64,000 bases of DNA from Chrysomallon squamiferum (Eukaryota > Animalia > Mollusca): contig CM022673.1 in assembly GCA_012295275.1 (NCBI GenBank), positions 15,128,001 to 15,192,000 of the forward strand. The letters run 5' to 3'. Below, in pieces: positions 42,201-57,224 of this stretch. The notes below the pieces were generated by a model. That model saw nothing but the letters and a program-made list of their open reading frames with translations. It was not told the origin of the DNA and made no database searches. Each line of letters opens with the position of its first letter. Position 1 is the first letter of the stretch. The translations under genes and the position numbers were made by a program.

Positions 42201-43245
42201 TAGTCCTAGCTTCAGGATTTATAACATCTTTTAAATTAAAATAAAATGTAAATAAGTTAACTACATTTATGTTCTTATTTGTTTTAGTTGCAGGTTTTTT
42301 TTTTATAATATCTTTTAAAACAATAAAAAGACCATTGGCAAAAAAAAATAAAATAAAAAAAAAACAGGTTTGGACCACGTGGACCATAAGGAAGCAGCCA
42401 AAAAGGAACAACAACAGCAGCCAAAAAACGAAACAACAACAGCAGCCAAAAAGAAACAACATCAGCAGCCAAAAAGAAACAACGACAGCAGCCAAGAGCA
42501 GAACAACCAGGACGGCAAACAACACAGACCCGGTGATGGCCGAGAGATTGTGCCGGATATCACGGGGGGCGGATTGCGGCTGCGATACATCCGTACCGAC
42601 TCGTTACGATCCGATATGCTGGACACTTCCTTGTGTCCTGCAATCGTGGCGAGAATCCATTCTTTTCCCTGCCCAAAACTCTTTTCTGCGACGGAAGCGC
42701 CCGCTGACCTGTCAGAAAGCGTGCCCATCGCAGACGTGCTTCACAACAGCTTGCTCTGATCAGCACGTTAATTTTTTTCCTATTCCTATTCCTAATTTTC
42801 GAACCAACCATTCTTCTCACAACACACGCTTGATCGTCGTCACGGTCGGTCCCGACATGGTGTAAGCCCGGAAGATAAGCTGTGAAGATTACTCACGGAC
42901 GGATTTATTTAGATTTAAATTCTTATTTATATTATTTGTAGGCTTTTGTATTATTGTTACTTTTATTACTTTTCTTTTTTCTTCTCTGCTGTTTGTTACC
43001 GGAAAGTAAAAGAGAAAAAAGTATCTCAAATAACCGATATATCTTTTATCTTTATCTCGATCTGAAAGTGAGTTGCGTTGAGCTTTAGTCTTTTTTGAAT
43101 TAATATAGAATTGTCTATATATTTAAAAAAAAAAAAAAAAAAAAAAGAAAAAAATAATAATAAGCAATTCAAATATATTATTGAAACCCGATATATTTTT
43201 TATAAAAACACACAAAACAACAACAACCCATACCTACATGCAAAC

Positions 43246-44708
43246 ATGGCAACAAAAAACATCAACATTTACAGCTCGGGAATCGATACCTCGGAGATGG
43301 AAACTAGGGTTCCAAAACGACCCAGGGACAGGAGCCCTAGCTCCGTCGAGAAAACAAAAAACAGGAAACAAAAGAAAATAATCGATATCACAGTCCAACA
43401 CACACATTCCGAAACTGAAATAACTGAAGAACAAAAAATTAATAGAAATCTCAACATTTTGGCAAGGCTAAGAGAATCGGACAGCGAAGACGAAAGCGAA
43501 CCAAACGCGTGGAAAATAATTAAAAGAAAAAAAAAAAAAAACACACCCACAGCCGAACCACCATCGCAGTTCACAAAAGAAATTACACAAACATTGATAA
43601 ACAGTTGCGCTATTTAATAGAAGCGCAAATACACATTATGGACAAAACGACAAAAGTCAACAAAAGTAATAACGGAAAAGAAATCTACTTCGAAGTAGAT
43701 ACAAAAACACTTAAAACAATTGGTCCCAACATCACAATCTGGGACGAAACATTTGTTGTCACGGTTTTAGCCAAACTAATCCCCGATACAAAACAACCAC
43801 AGAAAACACCCACACCACAACCCAGAAAAACACTACTCGCAACACCGCAGCCAAAACAAACTCCTATTACCAAACAACAACAACAACAACCCAAACACAC
43901 AACAAAACCAAAAGAAACAACATGCAAATATATCTCTAAAGATTTGAGGTTTTATTACCCACACGCAAACAAGCTAGATTTCTTTGAAATATTTAACAAA
44001 GAACTAGTAAAACAAACAAACTCAACTCTAGTCGGTGTGGAAATGTGGAGAAAGCCAAACTACTGGACCACACTGACATTTAACACAAAATTAATAAACA
44101 CAACCATCACCATTGATGGCTACAAATACACACTGGCAGAAATGAGGCCGCAGTTGCCCAAGTGCGGCCACTGTCAGAAATGGGGGCACATCACAAACCA
44201 GTGCTCCCACAGAAACAACCAGAAACATTTAACATGTGGAAATCACCACAGAAACTCAGGCCAATGCCGGTCTCTGGCAAAATGCGCAAATTGCCAGGGA
44301 CCACACGAATCGCACTACAAGATGTGCCCAGCAAAGATGCAAGCAACCAACAATTTCGAACACAATAGGAGAGACAACAAAATTTTACAAAACGTGAACA
44401 AAAAATGCCAGAAGATAGAAGAAAAAACGAAAACCATTATAGAAACAAAAATAAATCAACACAACGAGAAACCAAAAGACAATCTCGACAGGGAGGTCAG
44501 GATAGCAGAAATGCACAAAATCATTGTCTGCCTCCTGATTGAGCTTCAGAACATCAGGACCAATAAAGGAAACACAAATGATGAAGCCAATCTGGAGCAG
44601 ACAGTAGCCCAGATAATTGAAGACAGCTTGGGCTTCAACATCGACACACATGACAAAAGACTAAAATTACACACAGACAGGAGAAATCCTACAAACACAA
44701 AACAGTGA
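43246..44708 (+). pseudogene. LINE-B ORF1, unit 1 (paralogs 46842-48288, 50418-51882, 54060-55533, 57702-59160)
   Basis: Begins MATKNINIYSSG. Knuckles CGHCQKWGHITNQC, CSFCGGNHHRNSGLC (intact only in units 4 and 5) and CANCQGPHESHYKMC. Frameshifts are mostly in A-runs. Confidence 0.9.
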
Positions 44709-45788
44709 ACAAAAACAAAACAAAACAAAACAGTAACAACCATTTACAAACTCTTCACGACAAGCACGCCAAGAACACAGGTCTCTCCGTCCTTCAATGG
44801 AACGCCAAAGGCCTTCACTCAACAGGCCACGGAGACGAACTACTACACTTCCTGGCCTCCACTACAAACACACCGGACATAATATGCATTCAAGAAACAT
44901 GGCTGGGACATTACAACAAAAACAACAAAACAACAAAACCTTTACGGTCCCCGGGTACCAAAGTCACTACGTCAACAGATACAACAGCACCCGGGAGGTA
45001 TCATGACTCTCGTCAAACAAGACATTCCACACACCAAGCTGAACCAAGCCAAAGTTCACGCCAACATAGAAATACTAAGCATCACAATACACAACAACAA
45101 TCAAAACATCGACATCATTAACATATACAGCCCACCCACTCCCGCACTACACACCATTCAAACCCAGGATTTAAACAAAATGATCACAACAAACAACAAG
45201 GTCATTATAGTGGGCGATTTCAACTGTCACAACACCCTATGGGGTGGCTCGACAGACGACAGCCCTGGAATCGTCCTCGAAGATTTCCTGGAACAAAACC
45301 AGCTGGTCTGTTTGAACGACGGAACATTCACATACACTAGCGACATCAATGGGGGCCAAACCGCCATTGATGTAACTTTCCCAAGCAAGGACATCGCAGC
45401 ACTCTCCGAATGGCAAGTGCTCGATGAGCTGAACAGCGACCACCACCCGATACTCACCAACTACAACAGCAAGAACACCTTCTCGGACAGATCCATCTTC
45501 ACACCGAAATGGAACTTCAACAAAGCAGACTGGGAAGGCTTCTACAAAGCATGCAGAAACATCAACACGCAGAACCCCAACGACATCGACGCCTACTGCG
45601 CATCACTCACCAACACGATACACGCCATTGCAATCAGATACATACCCAAAACCAGAAAATGCACCGGCAAAATATCCACTCCCTGGTGGACGGAACGCAT
45701 AGAAAACAAATGCAAGGAGAGAAACAAATACAGAAGACAATATAAAAACGAGAGAAATCATTCTACGCACGAAAAATATAAAATATCA
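44705..45788 (+). pseudogene. LINE-B ORF2 APE endonuclease fragment, unit 1 (paralogs from 48285, 51879 and 55530)
   Basis: VLQWNAKGL, ICIQETW, VGDFNCH, IDVTF, SDHHP. Truncated before the RT domain. Confidence 0.92.
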
Positions 45789-48700
45789 TATTCTTAGTCC
45801 TAGCTTCAGGATTTATAACATCTTTTAAATTAAAATAAAATGTAAATAAGTTAACTACATTTATGTTCTTATTTGTTTTAGTTGCAGTTTTTTTTAATTT
45901 TTTTATAATATCTTTTAAAACAATAAAAAGACCATTGGCAAAAAAAAAAAAAGAAAAAAAAAAAAAAAAAACAGGTTTGGACCACGCGGACCATAAGGAA
46001 GCAGCCAAAAAGGAACAACAACAGCAGCCAAAAAACGAAACAACAACAGCAGCCAAAAAGAAACAACATCAGCAGCCAAAAAGAAACAACGACAGCAGCC
46101 AAGAGCAGAACAACCAGGACGGCAAACAACACAGACCCGGTGATGGCCGAGAGATTGTGCCGGATGTCACGGGGGGCGGATTGCGGCTGCGATACATCCG
46201 TACCGACTCGTTACGATCCGATATGCTGGACACTTCCTTGTGTCCTGCAATCGTGGCGAGAATCCATTCTTTTCCCTGCCCAAAACTCTTTTCTGCGACG
46301 GAAGCGCCCGCTGACCTGTCAGAAAGCGTGCCCATCGCAGACGTGCTTCACAACAGCTTGCTCTGATCAGCACGTTAATTTTTTTCCTATTCCTATTCCT
46401 AATTTTCGAACCAACCATTCTTCTCACAACACACGCTTGATCGTCGTCACGGTCGGTCCCGACATGGTGTAAGCCCGGAAGATAAGCTGTGAAGATTACT
46501 CACGGACGGATTTATTTAGATTTAAATTCTTATTTATATTATTTGTAGGCTTTTGTATTATTGTTACTTTTATTACTTTTCTTTTTTTTCTCTGCTGTTT
46601 GTTACCGGAAAGTAAAAGAGAAAAAAGTATCTCAAATAACCGATATATCTTTTATCTTTATCTCGATCTGAAAGTGAGTTGCGTTGAGCTTTAGTCTTTT
46701 TTGAATTAATATAGAATTGTCTATATATTTAAAAAAAAAAAAAATAATAATAATAATAAGCAATTCAAATATATTATTGAAACCCGATATATTTTTTATA
46801 AAAACACACAAAACAACAACAACCCATACCTACATGCAAACATGGCAACAAAAAACATCAACATTTACAGCTCGGGAATCGATACCTCGGAGATGGAAAC
46901 TAGGGTTCCAAAACGACCCAGGGACAGGAGCCCTAGCTCCGTCGAGAAAACAAAAACAGGAAACAAAAGAAAATAATCGATATCACAGTCCAACACACAC
47001 ATTCCGAAACTGAAATAACTGAAGAACAAAAAATTATTAATAGAAATCTCAACATTTTGGCAAGGCTAAGAGAATCGGACAGCGAAGACGAAAGCGAACC
47101 AAACGCGTGGAAAATAATTAAAAGAAAAAAAAAAAAAACACACCCACAGCCGAACCACCATCGCAGTTCACAAAAGAAATTACACAAACATTGATAAACA
47201 GTTGCGCTATTTAATAGAAGCGCAAATACACATTATGGACAAAACGACAAAAGTCAACAAAAGTAATAACGGAAAAGAAATCTACTTCGAAGTAGATACA
47301 AAAACACTTAAAACAATTGGTCCCAACATCACAATCTGGGACGAAACATTTGTTGTCACGGTTTTAGCCAAACTAATCCCCGATACAAAACAACCACAGA
47401 AAACACCCACACCACAACCCAGAAAAACACTACTCGCAACACCGCAGCCAAAACAAACTCCTATTACCAAACAACAACAACAACAACCCAAACACACAAC
47501 AAAACCAAAAGAAACAACATGCAAATATATCTCTAAAGATTTGAGGTTTTATTACCCACACGCAAACAAGCTAGATTTCTTTGAAATATTTAACAAAGAA
47601 CTAGTAAAACAAACAAACTCAACTCTAGTCGGTGTGGAAATGTGGAGAAAGCCAAACTACTGGACCACACTGACATTTAACACAAAATTAATAAACACAA
47701 CCATCACCATTGATGGCTACAAATACACACTGGCAGAAATGAGGCCGCAGTTGCCCAAGTGCGGCCACTGTCACAAACCATTGCTCCCACAGAAACAACC
47801 AGAAACATTTAACATGTGGAAATCACCACAGAAACTCAGGCCAATGCCGGTCTCTGGCAAAATGCGCAAATTGCCAGGGACCACACGAATCGCACTACAA
47901 GATGTGCCCAGCAAAGATGCAAGCAACCAACAATTTCGAACACAATAGGAGAGACAACAAAATTTTACAAAACGTGAACAAAAAATGCCAGAAGATAGAA
48001 GAAAAAACGAAAACCATTATAGAAACAAAAATAAATCAACACAACGAGAAACCAAAAGACAATCTCGACAGGGAGGTCAGGATAGCAGAAATGCACAAAA
48101 TCATTGTCTGCCTCCTGATTGAGCTTCAGAACATCAGGACCAATAAAGGAAACACAAATGATGAAGCCAATCTGGAGCAGACAGTAGCCCAGATAATTGA
48201 AGACAGCTTGGGCTTCAACATCGACACACATGACAAAAGACTAAAATTACACACAGACAGGAGAAATCCTACAAACACAAAACAGTGAACAAAAACAAAA
48301 CAAAACAAAACAGTAACAACCATTTACAAACTCTTCACGACAAGCACGCCAAGAACACAGGTCTCTCCGTCCTTCAATGGAACGCCAAAGGCCTTCACTC
48401 AACAGGCCACGGAGACGAACTACTACACTTCCTGGCCTCCACTACAAACACACCGGACATAATATGCATTCAAGAAACATGGCTGGGACATTACAACAAA
48501 AACAACAAAACAACAAAACCTTTACGGTCCCCGGGTACCAAAGTCACTACGTCAACAGATACAACAGCACCCGGGAGGTATCATGACTCTCGTCAAACAA
48601 GACATTCCACACACCAAGCTGAACCAAGCCAAAGTTCACGCCAACATAGAAATACTAAGCATCACAATACACAACAACAATCAAAACATCGACATCATTA

Positions 48701-51700
48701 ACATATACAGCCCACCCACTCCCGCACTACACACCATTCAAACCCAGGATTTAAACAAAATGATCACAACAAACAACAAGGTCATTATAGTGGGCGATTT
48801 CAACTGTCACAACACCCTATGGGGTGGCTCGACAGACGACAGCCCTGGAATCGTCCTCGAAGATTTCCTGGAACAAAACCAGCTGGTCTGTTTGAACGAC
48901 GGAACATTCACATACACTAGCGACATCAATGGGGGCCAAACCGCCATTGATGTAACTTTCCCAAGCAAGGACATCGCAGCACTCTCCGAATGGCAAGTGC
49001 TCGATGAGCTGAACAGCGACCACCACCCGATACTCACCAACTACAACACAGCAAGAACACCTTCTCGGACAGATCCATCTTCACACCGAAATGGAACTTC
49101 AACAAAGCAGACTGGGAAGGCTTCTACAAAGCATGCAGAAACATCAACACGCAGAACCCCAACGACATCGACGCCTACTGCGCATCACTCACCAACACGA
49201 TACACGCCATTGCAATCAGATACATACCCAAAACCAGAAAATGCACCGGCAAAATATCCACTCCCTGGTGGACGGAACGCATAGAAAACAAATGCAAGGA
49301 GAGAAACAAATACAGAAGACAATATAAAAACGAGAGAAATCATTCTACGCACGAAAAATATAAAATATCATATTCTTAGTCCTAGCTTCAGGATTTATAA
49401 CATCTTTTAAATTAAAATAAAATGTAAATAAGTTAACTACATTTATGTTCTTATTTGTTTTAGTTGCAGTTTTTTTAATTTTTTATAATATCTTTTAAAA
49501 CAATAAAAAGACCATTGGCAAAAAAAAAAAAAAAAAAAAAAAAAACAGGTTTGGACCACGCGGACCATAAGGAAGCAGCCAAAAAGGAACAACAACAGCA
49601 GCCAAAAAACGAAACAACAACAGCAGCCAAAAAGAAACAACATCAGCAGCCAAAAAGAAACAACGACAGCAGCCAAGAGCAGAACAACCAGGACGGCAAA
49701 CAACACAGACCCGGTGATGGCCGAGAGATTGTGCCGGATGTCACGGGGGGCGGATTGCGGCTGCGATACATCCGTACCGACTCGTTACGATCCGATATGC
49801 TGGACACTTCCTTGTGTCCTGCAATCGTGGCGAGAATCCATTCTTTTCCTGCCCAAAACTCTTTTCTGCGACGGAAGCGCCCGCTGACCTGTCAGAAAAG
49901 CGTGCCCATCGCAGACGTGCTTCACAACAGCTTGCTCTGATCAGCACGTTAATTTTTTTCCTATTCCTATTCCTAATTTTCGAACCAACCATTCTTCTCA
50001 CAACACACGCTTGATCGTCGTCACGGTCGGTCCCGACATGGTGTAAGCCCGGAAGATAAGCTGTGAAGATTACTCACGGACGGATTTATTTAGATTTAAA
50101 TTCTTATTTATATTATTTGTAGGCTTTTGTATTATTGTTACTTTTATTACTTTTCTTTTTTCTTCTCTGCTGTTTGTTACCGGAAAGTAAAAGAGAAAAA
50201 AGTATCTCAAATAACCGATATATCTTTTATCTTTATCTCGATCTGAAAGTGAGTTGCGTTGAGCTTTAGTCTTTTTTGAATTAATATAGAATTGTCTATA
50301 TATTTAAAAAAAAAAAAAAATAATAATAATAATAAGCAATTCAAATATATTATTGAAACCCGATATATTTTTTATAAAAACACACAAAACAACAACAACC
50401 CATACCTACATGCAAACATGGCAACAAAAAACATCAACATTTACAGCTCGGGAATCGATACCTCGGAGATGGAAACTAGGGTTCCAAAACGACCCAGGGA
50501 CAGGAGCCCTAGCTCCGTCGAGAAAACAAAAAACAGGAAACAAAAGAAAATAATCGATATCACAGTCCAACACACACATTCCGAAACTGAAATAACTGAA
50601 GAACAAAAAATTATTAATAGAAATCTCAACATTTTGGCAAGGCTAAGAGAATCGGACAGCGAAGACGAAAGCGAACCAAACGCGTGGAAAATAATTAAAA
50701 GAAAAAAAACAAAACACACCCACAGCCGAACCACCATCGCAGTTCACAAAAGAAATTACACAAACATTGATAAACAGTTGCGCTATTTAATAGAAGCGCA
50801 AATACACATTATGGACAAAACGACAAAAGTCAACAAAAGTAATAACGGAAAAGAAATCTACTTCGAAGTAGATACAAAAACACTTAAAACAATTGGTCCC
50901 AACATCACAATCTGGGACGAAACATTTGTTGTCACGGTTTTAGCCAAACTAATCCCCGATACAAAACAACCACAGAAAACACCCACACCACAACCCAGAA
51001 AAACACTACTCGCAACACCGCAGCCAAAACAAACTCCTATTACCAAAACAACAACAACAACAACCCAAACACACAACAAAACCAAAAGAAACAACATGCA
51101 AATATATCTCTAAAGATTTGAGGTTTTATTACCCACACGCAAACAAGCTAGATTTCTTTGAAATATTTAACAAAGAACTAGTAAAACAAACAAACTCAAC
51201 TCTAGTCGGTGTGGAAATGTGGAGAAAGCCAAACTACTGGACCACACTGACATTTAACACAAAATTAATAAACACAACCATCACCATTGATGGCTACAAA
51301 TACACACTGGCAGAAATGAGGCCGCAGTTGCCCAAGTGCGGCCACTGTCAGAAATGGGGCACATCACAAACCAGTGCTCCCACAGAAACAACCAGAAACA
51401 TTTAACATGTGGAAATCACCACAGAAACTCAGGCCAATGCCGGTCTCTGGCAAAATGCGCAAATTGCCAGGGACCACACGAATCGCACTACAAGATGTGC
51501 CCAGCAAAGATGCAAGCAACCAACAATTTCGAACACAATAGGAGAGACAACAAAATTTTACAAAACGTGAACAAAAATGCCAGAAGATAGAAGAAAAAAA
51601 ACGAAAACCATTATAGAAACAAAAATAAATCAACACAACGAGAAACCAAAAGACAATCTCGACAGGGAGGTCAGGATAGCAGAAATGCACAAAATCATTG

Positions 51701-54700
51701 TCTGCCTCCTGATTGAGCTTCAGAACATCAGGACCAATAAAGGAAACACAAATGATGAAGCCAATCTGGAGCAGACAGTAGCCCAGATAATTGAAGACAG
51801 CTTGGGCTTCAACATCGACACACATGACAAAAGACTAAAATTACATACAGACAGGAGAAATCCTACAAACACAAAACAGTGAACAAAAACAAAACAAAAC
51901 AAAACAGTAACAACCATTTACAAACTCTTCACGACAAGCACGCCAAGAACACAGGTCTCTCCGTCCTTCAATGGAACGCCAAAGGCCTTCACTCAACAGG
52001 CCACGGAGACGAACTACTACACTTCCTGGCCTCCACTACAAACACACCGGACATAATATGCATTCAAGAAACATGGCTGGGACATTACAACAAAAACAAC
52101 AAAACAACAAAAACCTTTACGGTCCCCGGGTACCAAAGTCACTACGTCAACAGATACAACAGCACCCGGGGAGGTATCATGACTCTCGTCAAACAAGACA
52201 TTCCACACACCAAGCTGAACCAAGCCAAAGTTCACGCCAACATAGAAATACTAAGCATCACAATACACAACAACAATCAAAACATCGACATCATTAACAT
52301 ATACAGCCCACCCACTCCCGCACTACACACCATTCAAACCCAGGATTTAAACAAAATGATCACAACAAACAACAAGGTCATTATAGTGGGCGATTTCAAC
52401 TGTCACAACACCCTATGGGGTGGCTCGACAGACGACAGCCCTGGAATCGTCCTCGAAGATTTCCTGGAACAAAACCAGCTGGTCTGTTTGAACGACGGAA
52501 CATTCACATACACTAGCGACATCAATGGGGGCCAAACCGCCATTGATGTAACTTTCCCAAGCAAGGACATCGCAGCACTCTCCGAATGGCAAGTGCTCGA
52601 TGAGCTGAACAGCGACCACCACCCGATACTCACCAACTACAACAGCAAGAACACCTTCTCGGACAGATCCATCTTCACACCGAAATGGAACTTCAACAAA
52701 GCAGACTGGGAAGGCTTCTACAAAGCATGCAGAAACATCAACACGCAGAACCCCAACGACATCGACGCCTACTGCGCATCACTCACCAACACGATACACG
52801 CCATTGCAATCAGATACATACCCAAAACCAGAAAATGCACCGGCAAAATATCCACTCCCTGGTGGACGGAACGCATAGAAAACAAATGCAAGGAGAGAAA
52901 CAAATACAGAAGACAATATAAAACGAGAGAAATCATTCTACGCACGAAAAATATAAAATATCATATTCTTAGTCCTAGCTTCAGGATTTATAACATCTTT
53001 TAAATTAAAATAAAATGTAAATAAGTTAACTACATTTATGTTCTTATTTGTTTTAGTTGCAGGTTTTTTTTTTTATAATATCTTTTAAAACAATAAAAAG
53101 ACCATTGGCAAAAAAAAAAAAAAAACAGGTTTGGACCACGTGGACCATAAGGAAGCAGCCAAAAAGGAACAACAACAGCAGCCAAAAAACGAAACAACAA
53201 CAGCAGCCAAAAAGAAACAACATCAGCAGCCAAAAAGAAACAACGACAGCAGCCAAGAGCAGAACAACCAGGACGGCAAACAACACAGACCCGGTGATGG
53301 CCGAGAGATTGTGCCGGATATCACGGGGGGCGGATTACGGCTGCGATACATCCGTACCGACTCGTTACGATCCGATATGCTGGACACTTCCTTGTGTCCT
53401 GCAATCGTGGCGAGAATCCATTCTTTTCCCTGCCCAAAACTCTTTTCTGTGACGGACGCGCCCGCTGACCTGTCAGAAAGCGTGCCCGTCGCAGACGTGC
53501 TTCACAACAGCTTGCTCTGATCAGCACGTTAATTTTTTTCCTATTCCTATTCCTAATTTTCGAACCAACCATTCTTCTCACAACACACGCTTGATCGTCG
53601 TCACGGTCGGTCCCGACATGGTGTAAGCCCGGAAGATAAGCTGTGAAGATTACTCACGGACGGATTGTGCTTTGTGCTGACTGAGCGGAATTCAGAAACG
53701 AAAAAGATACTGTACCTTTTTCTTTCTTTATTTAGATTTAAATTCTTATTTATATTATTTGTAGGCTTTTGTATTATTGTTACTTTTATTACTTTTCTTT
53801 TTTCTTCTCTACTGTTTGTTACCGGAAAGTAAAAGAGAAAAAAGTATCTCAAATAACCGATATATCTTTTATCTTTATCTCGATCTGAAAGTGAGTTGCG
53901 TTGAGCTTTAGTCTTTTTTGAATTAATATAGAATTGTCTATATATTTAAAAAAAAAAAAAAATAATAATAATAATAAGCAATTCAAATATATTATTGAAA
54001 CCCGATATATTTTTTATAAAAACACACAAAACAACAACAACCCATACCTACATGCAAACATGGCAACAAAAAACATCAACATTTACAGCTCGGGAATCGA
54101 TACCTCGGAGATGGAAACTAGGGTTCCAAAACGACCCAGGGACATGAGCCCTAGCTCCGTCGAGAAAACAAAAAACAGGAAACAAAAGAAAATAATCGAT
54201 ATCACAGTCCAACACACACATTCCGAAACTGAAATAACTGATGAACAAAAAATTATTAATAGAAATCTCAACATTTTGGCAAGGCTAAGGGAATCGGACA
54301 GCGAAGACGAAAGCGAACCAAACGCGTGGAAAATAATTAAAAGAAAAAAAAAACACACCCCACAGCCGAACCACCATCGCAGTTCACAAAAGAAATTACA
54401 CAAACATTGATAAACAGTTGCGCTATTTAATAGAAGCGCAAATACACATTATGGACAAAACGACAAAAGTCAACAAAAGTAATAACGGAAAAGAAATCTA
54501 CTTCGAAGTAGATATAAAAACACTTAAAACAATTGGTCCCAACATCACAATCTGGGACGAAACATTTGTTGTCACGGTTTTAGCCAAACTAATCCCCGAT
54601 ACAAAACAACCACAGAAAACACCCACACCACAACCCAGAAAAACACTACTCGCAACACCGCAGCCAAAACAAACTCCTATTACCAAACAACAACAACAAC

Positions 54701-56753
54701 AACCCAAACACACAACAAAACCAAAAGAAACAACATACAAATATATCTCTAAAGATTTGAGGTTTTATTACCCACACGCAAACAAGCTAGATTTCTTTGA
54801 AATATTTAACAAAGAACTAGTAAAACAAACAAACTCAACTCTAGTCGGTGTGGAAATGTGGAGAAAGCCAAACTACTGGACCACACTGACATTTAACACA
54901 AAATTAATAAACACAACCATCACCATTGATGGCTACAAATACACACTGGCAGAAATGAGGCCGCAGTTGCCCAAGTGCGGCCACTGTCAGAAATGGGGGC
55001 ACATCACAAACCATTGCTCCCACAGAAACAACCCGAAACACTTAACGTGCAGTTTCTGTGGTGGAAATCACCACAGAAACTCAGGTCTATGCCGGTCTCT
55101 GGCAAAATGCGCAAATTGCCAGGGACCACACGAATCACATTACAAGATGTGCCCAGCAAAAATGAAAGCAACCAACAATTTTGAGCACAATAGGAGAGAC
55201 AACAAAATTTTAGAAAACGTCAACAAAAAATGCCAGAAGATAGAAGAAAAAACCAAAACCATTATAGAAACAAAAATTAATCAACACAACGACAAACCAA
55301 AAGACAATCTCGACAAGGAGGTCAGGATTGCAGAAATCCACAAAATCATTGTCTGCCTCCTGATTGAGCTTCAGAACATCAGGACCAATAAAGGAAACAC
55401 AAATGATGAAGCCAATTTGGAGTAGACAGTAGCCCAGATAATTGAAGACAGCTTGGGCTTCAAGATCGACACACATGACAAAAGAATAAAATTACACACA
55501 GACAGGAGAAATCCTACAAACACAAAACAGTGAACAAAAACAAAACAAAACAAACAGTAACAACCATTTACAAACTGTTCACGACAAGCACGCCAAGAAC
55601 ACATGTCTCTCCGTCCTTCAATGGAACGCCAAAGGCCTTCACTCAACAGGCCACGGAGACGAACTACTACACTTCCTGGCCTCCACTACAAACACACCGG
55701 ACATAATATGCATTCAAGAAACATAGCTGGGACATTTCAACAAAAACAACAAAACAAAAACCTTTACGGTCCCCGGGTACCAAAGTCATTACGTCAACAG
55801 ATACAACAGCACCCGGGGAGGCATCATGACTCGTCAAACAAGACATTCCACACACCAAGCTGAACCAAGCCAAAGTTCACGCCAACATAGAAATACTAAG
55901 CATCACAATACACAACAACAATCAAAACATCGACATCATTAACATATACAGCCCACCCACTCCCGCACTACACACCATTCAAACCCAGGATTTAAACAAA
56001 ATGATCATAACAAAGAACAAGGTCATTATAGTGGGCGATTTCAACTGTCACAACACCCTATCGGGTGGCTCGACAGACGACAGCCCTGGAATCGTCCTCG
56101 AAGATTTCCTAGAGCAAAACCAGCTGGTCTGTTTGAACGACGGAACATTCACATACACTAGCGACATCAATGGTGGCCAAACCGCCATTGATGTAACATT
56201 CACAAGCAAGGACATCGCAGCGCTCTCCGAATGGCAAGCGCTCGATGAGCTAAACAGCGACCACCACCCGATACTCACCAACTACAACAGCAAGAACACC
56301 TTCTCGGACAGATCCATCTTCACACCGAAATGGAACTTCAACAAAGCAGACTGGGAAGGCTTCTACAAAGCATGCAGAAACATCAACACGCAGAACCCCA
56401 ACGACATCGACGCCTACTGCGCATCACTCACCAACACGATACACTCCATTGCAATCAGATACATACCCAAAACCAGAAAATGCACCGGCAAAATATCCAC
56501 TCCCTGGTGGACGGAACGCATAGAAAACAAATGCAAGGAGAGAAACAAATACAGAAGACAATATAAAAACGAGAGAAATCATTCTACGCACGAAAAATAT
56601 AAAATATCATATTCTTAGTCCTAGCTTCAGGATTTATAACATCTTTTAAATTAAAATAAAATGTAAATAAGTTAACTACATTTATGTTCTTATTTGTTTT
56701 AGTTGCAGGTTTTTTTTTTTATAATATCTTTTAAAACAATAAAAAGACCATTG

Positions 56754-56784
<31 letters not shown>

Positions 56785-57224
56785 CAGGTTTGGACCACGT
56801 GGACCATAAGGAAGCAGCCAAAAAGGAACAACAACAGCAGCCAAAAAACGAAACAACAACAGCAGCCAAAAAGAAACAACATCAGCAGCCAAAAAGAAAC
56901 AACGACAGCAGCCAAGAGCAGAACAACCAGGACGGCAAACAACACAGACCCGGTGATGGCCGAGAGATTGTGCCGGATATCACGGGGGGCGGATTGCGGC
57001 TGCGATACATCCGTACCGACTCGTTACGATCCGATATGCTGGACACTTCCTTGTGTCCTGCAATCGTGGCGAGAATCCATTCTTTTCCCTGCCCAAAACT
57101 CTTTTCTGCGACGGAAGCGCCCGCTGACCTGTCAGAAAGCGTGCCCATCGCAGACGTGCTTCACAACAGCTTGCTCTGATCAGCACGTTAATTTTTTTCC
57201 TATTCCTATTCCTAATTTTCGAAC

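Larger units (their letters stand above)
42200..56614 (+). repeat. Four tandem ~3.6-kb units of LINE-B (3' UTR end, AATTTTCGAAC, 5' UTR, ORF1, APE domain only)
   Basis: Unit starts at 42200, 45794, 49376 and 52969, with the next at 56615. Every unit has the same breakpoint AAAATATCA|TATTCTTAGTCC. Confidence 0.95.

Noticed and set aside
42269-42865. ORFs of 110-198 aa in the LINE-B 3' UTR
   Set aside because: The frames are not preserved between copies, depend on homopolymer lengths, and show no domain signal.
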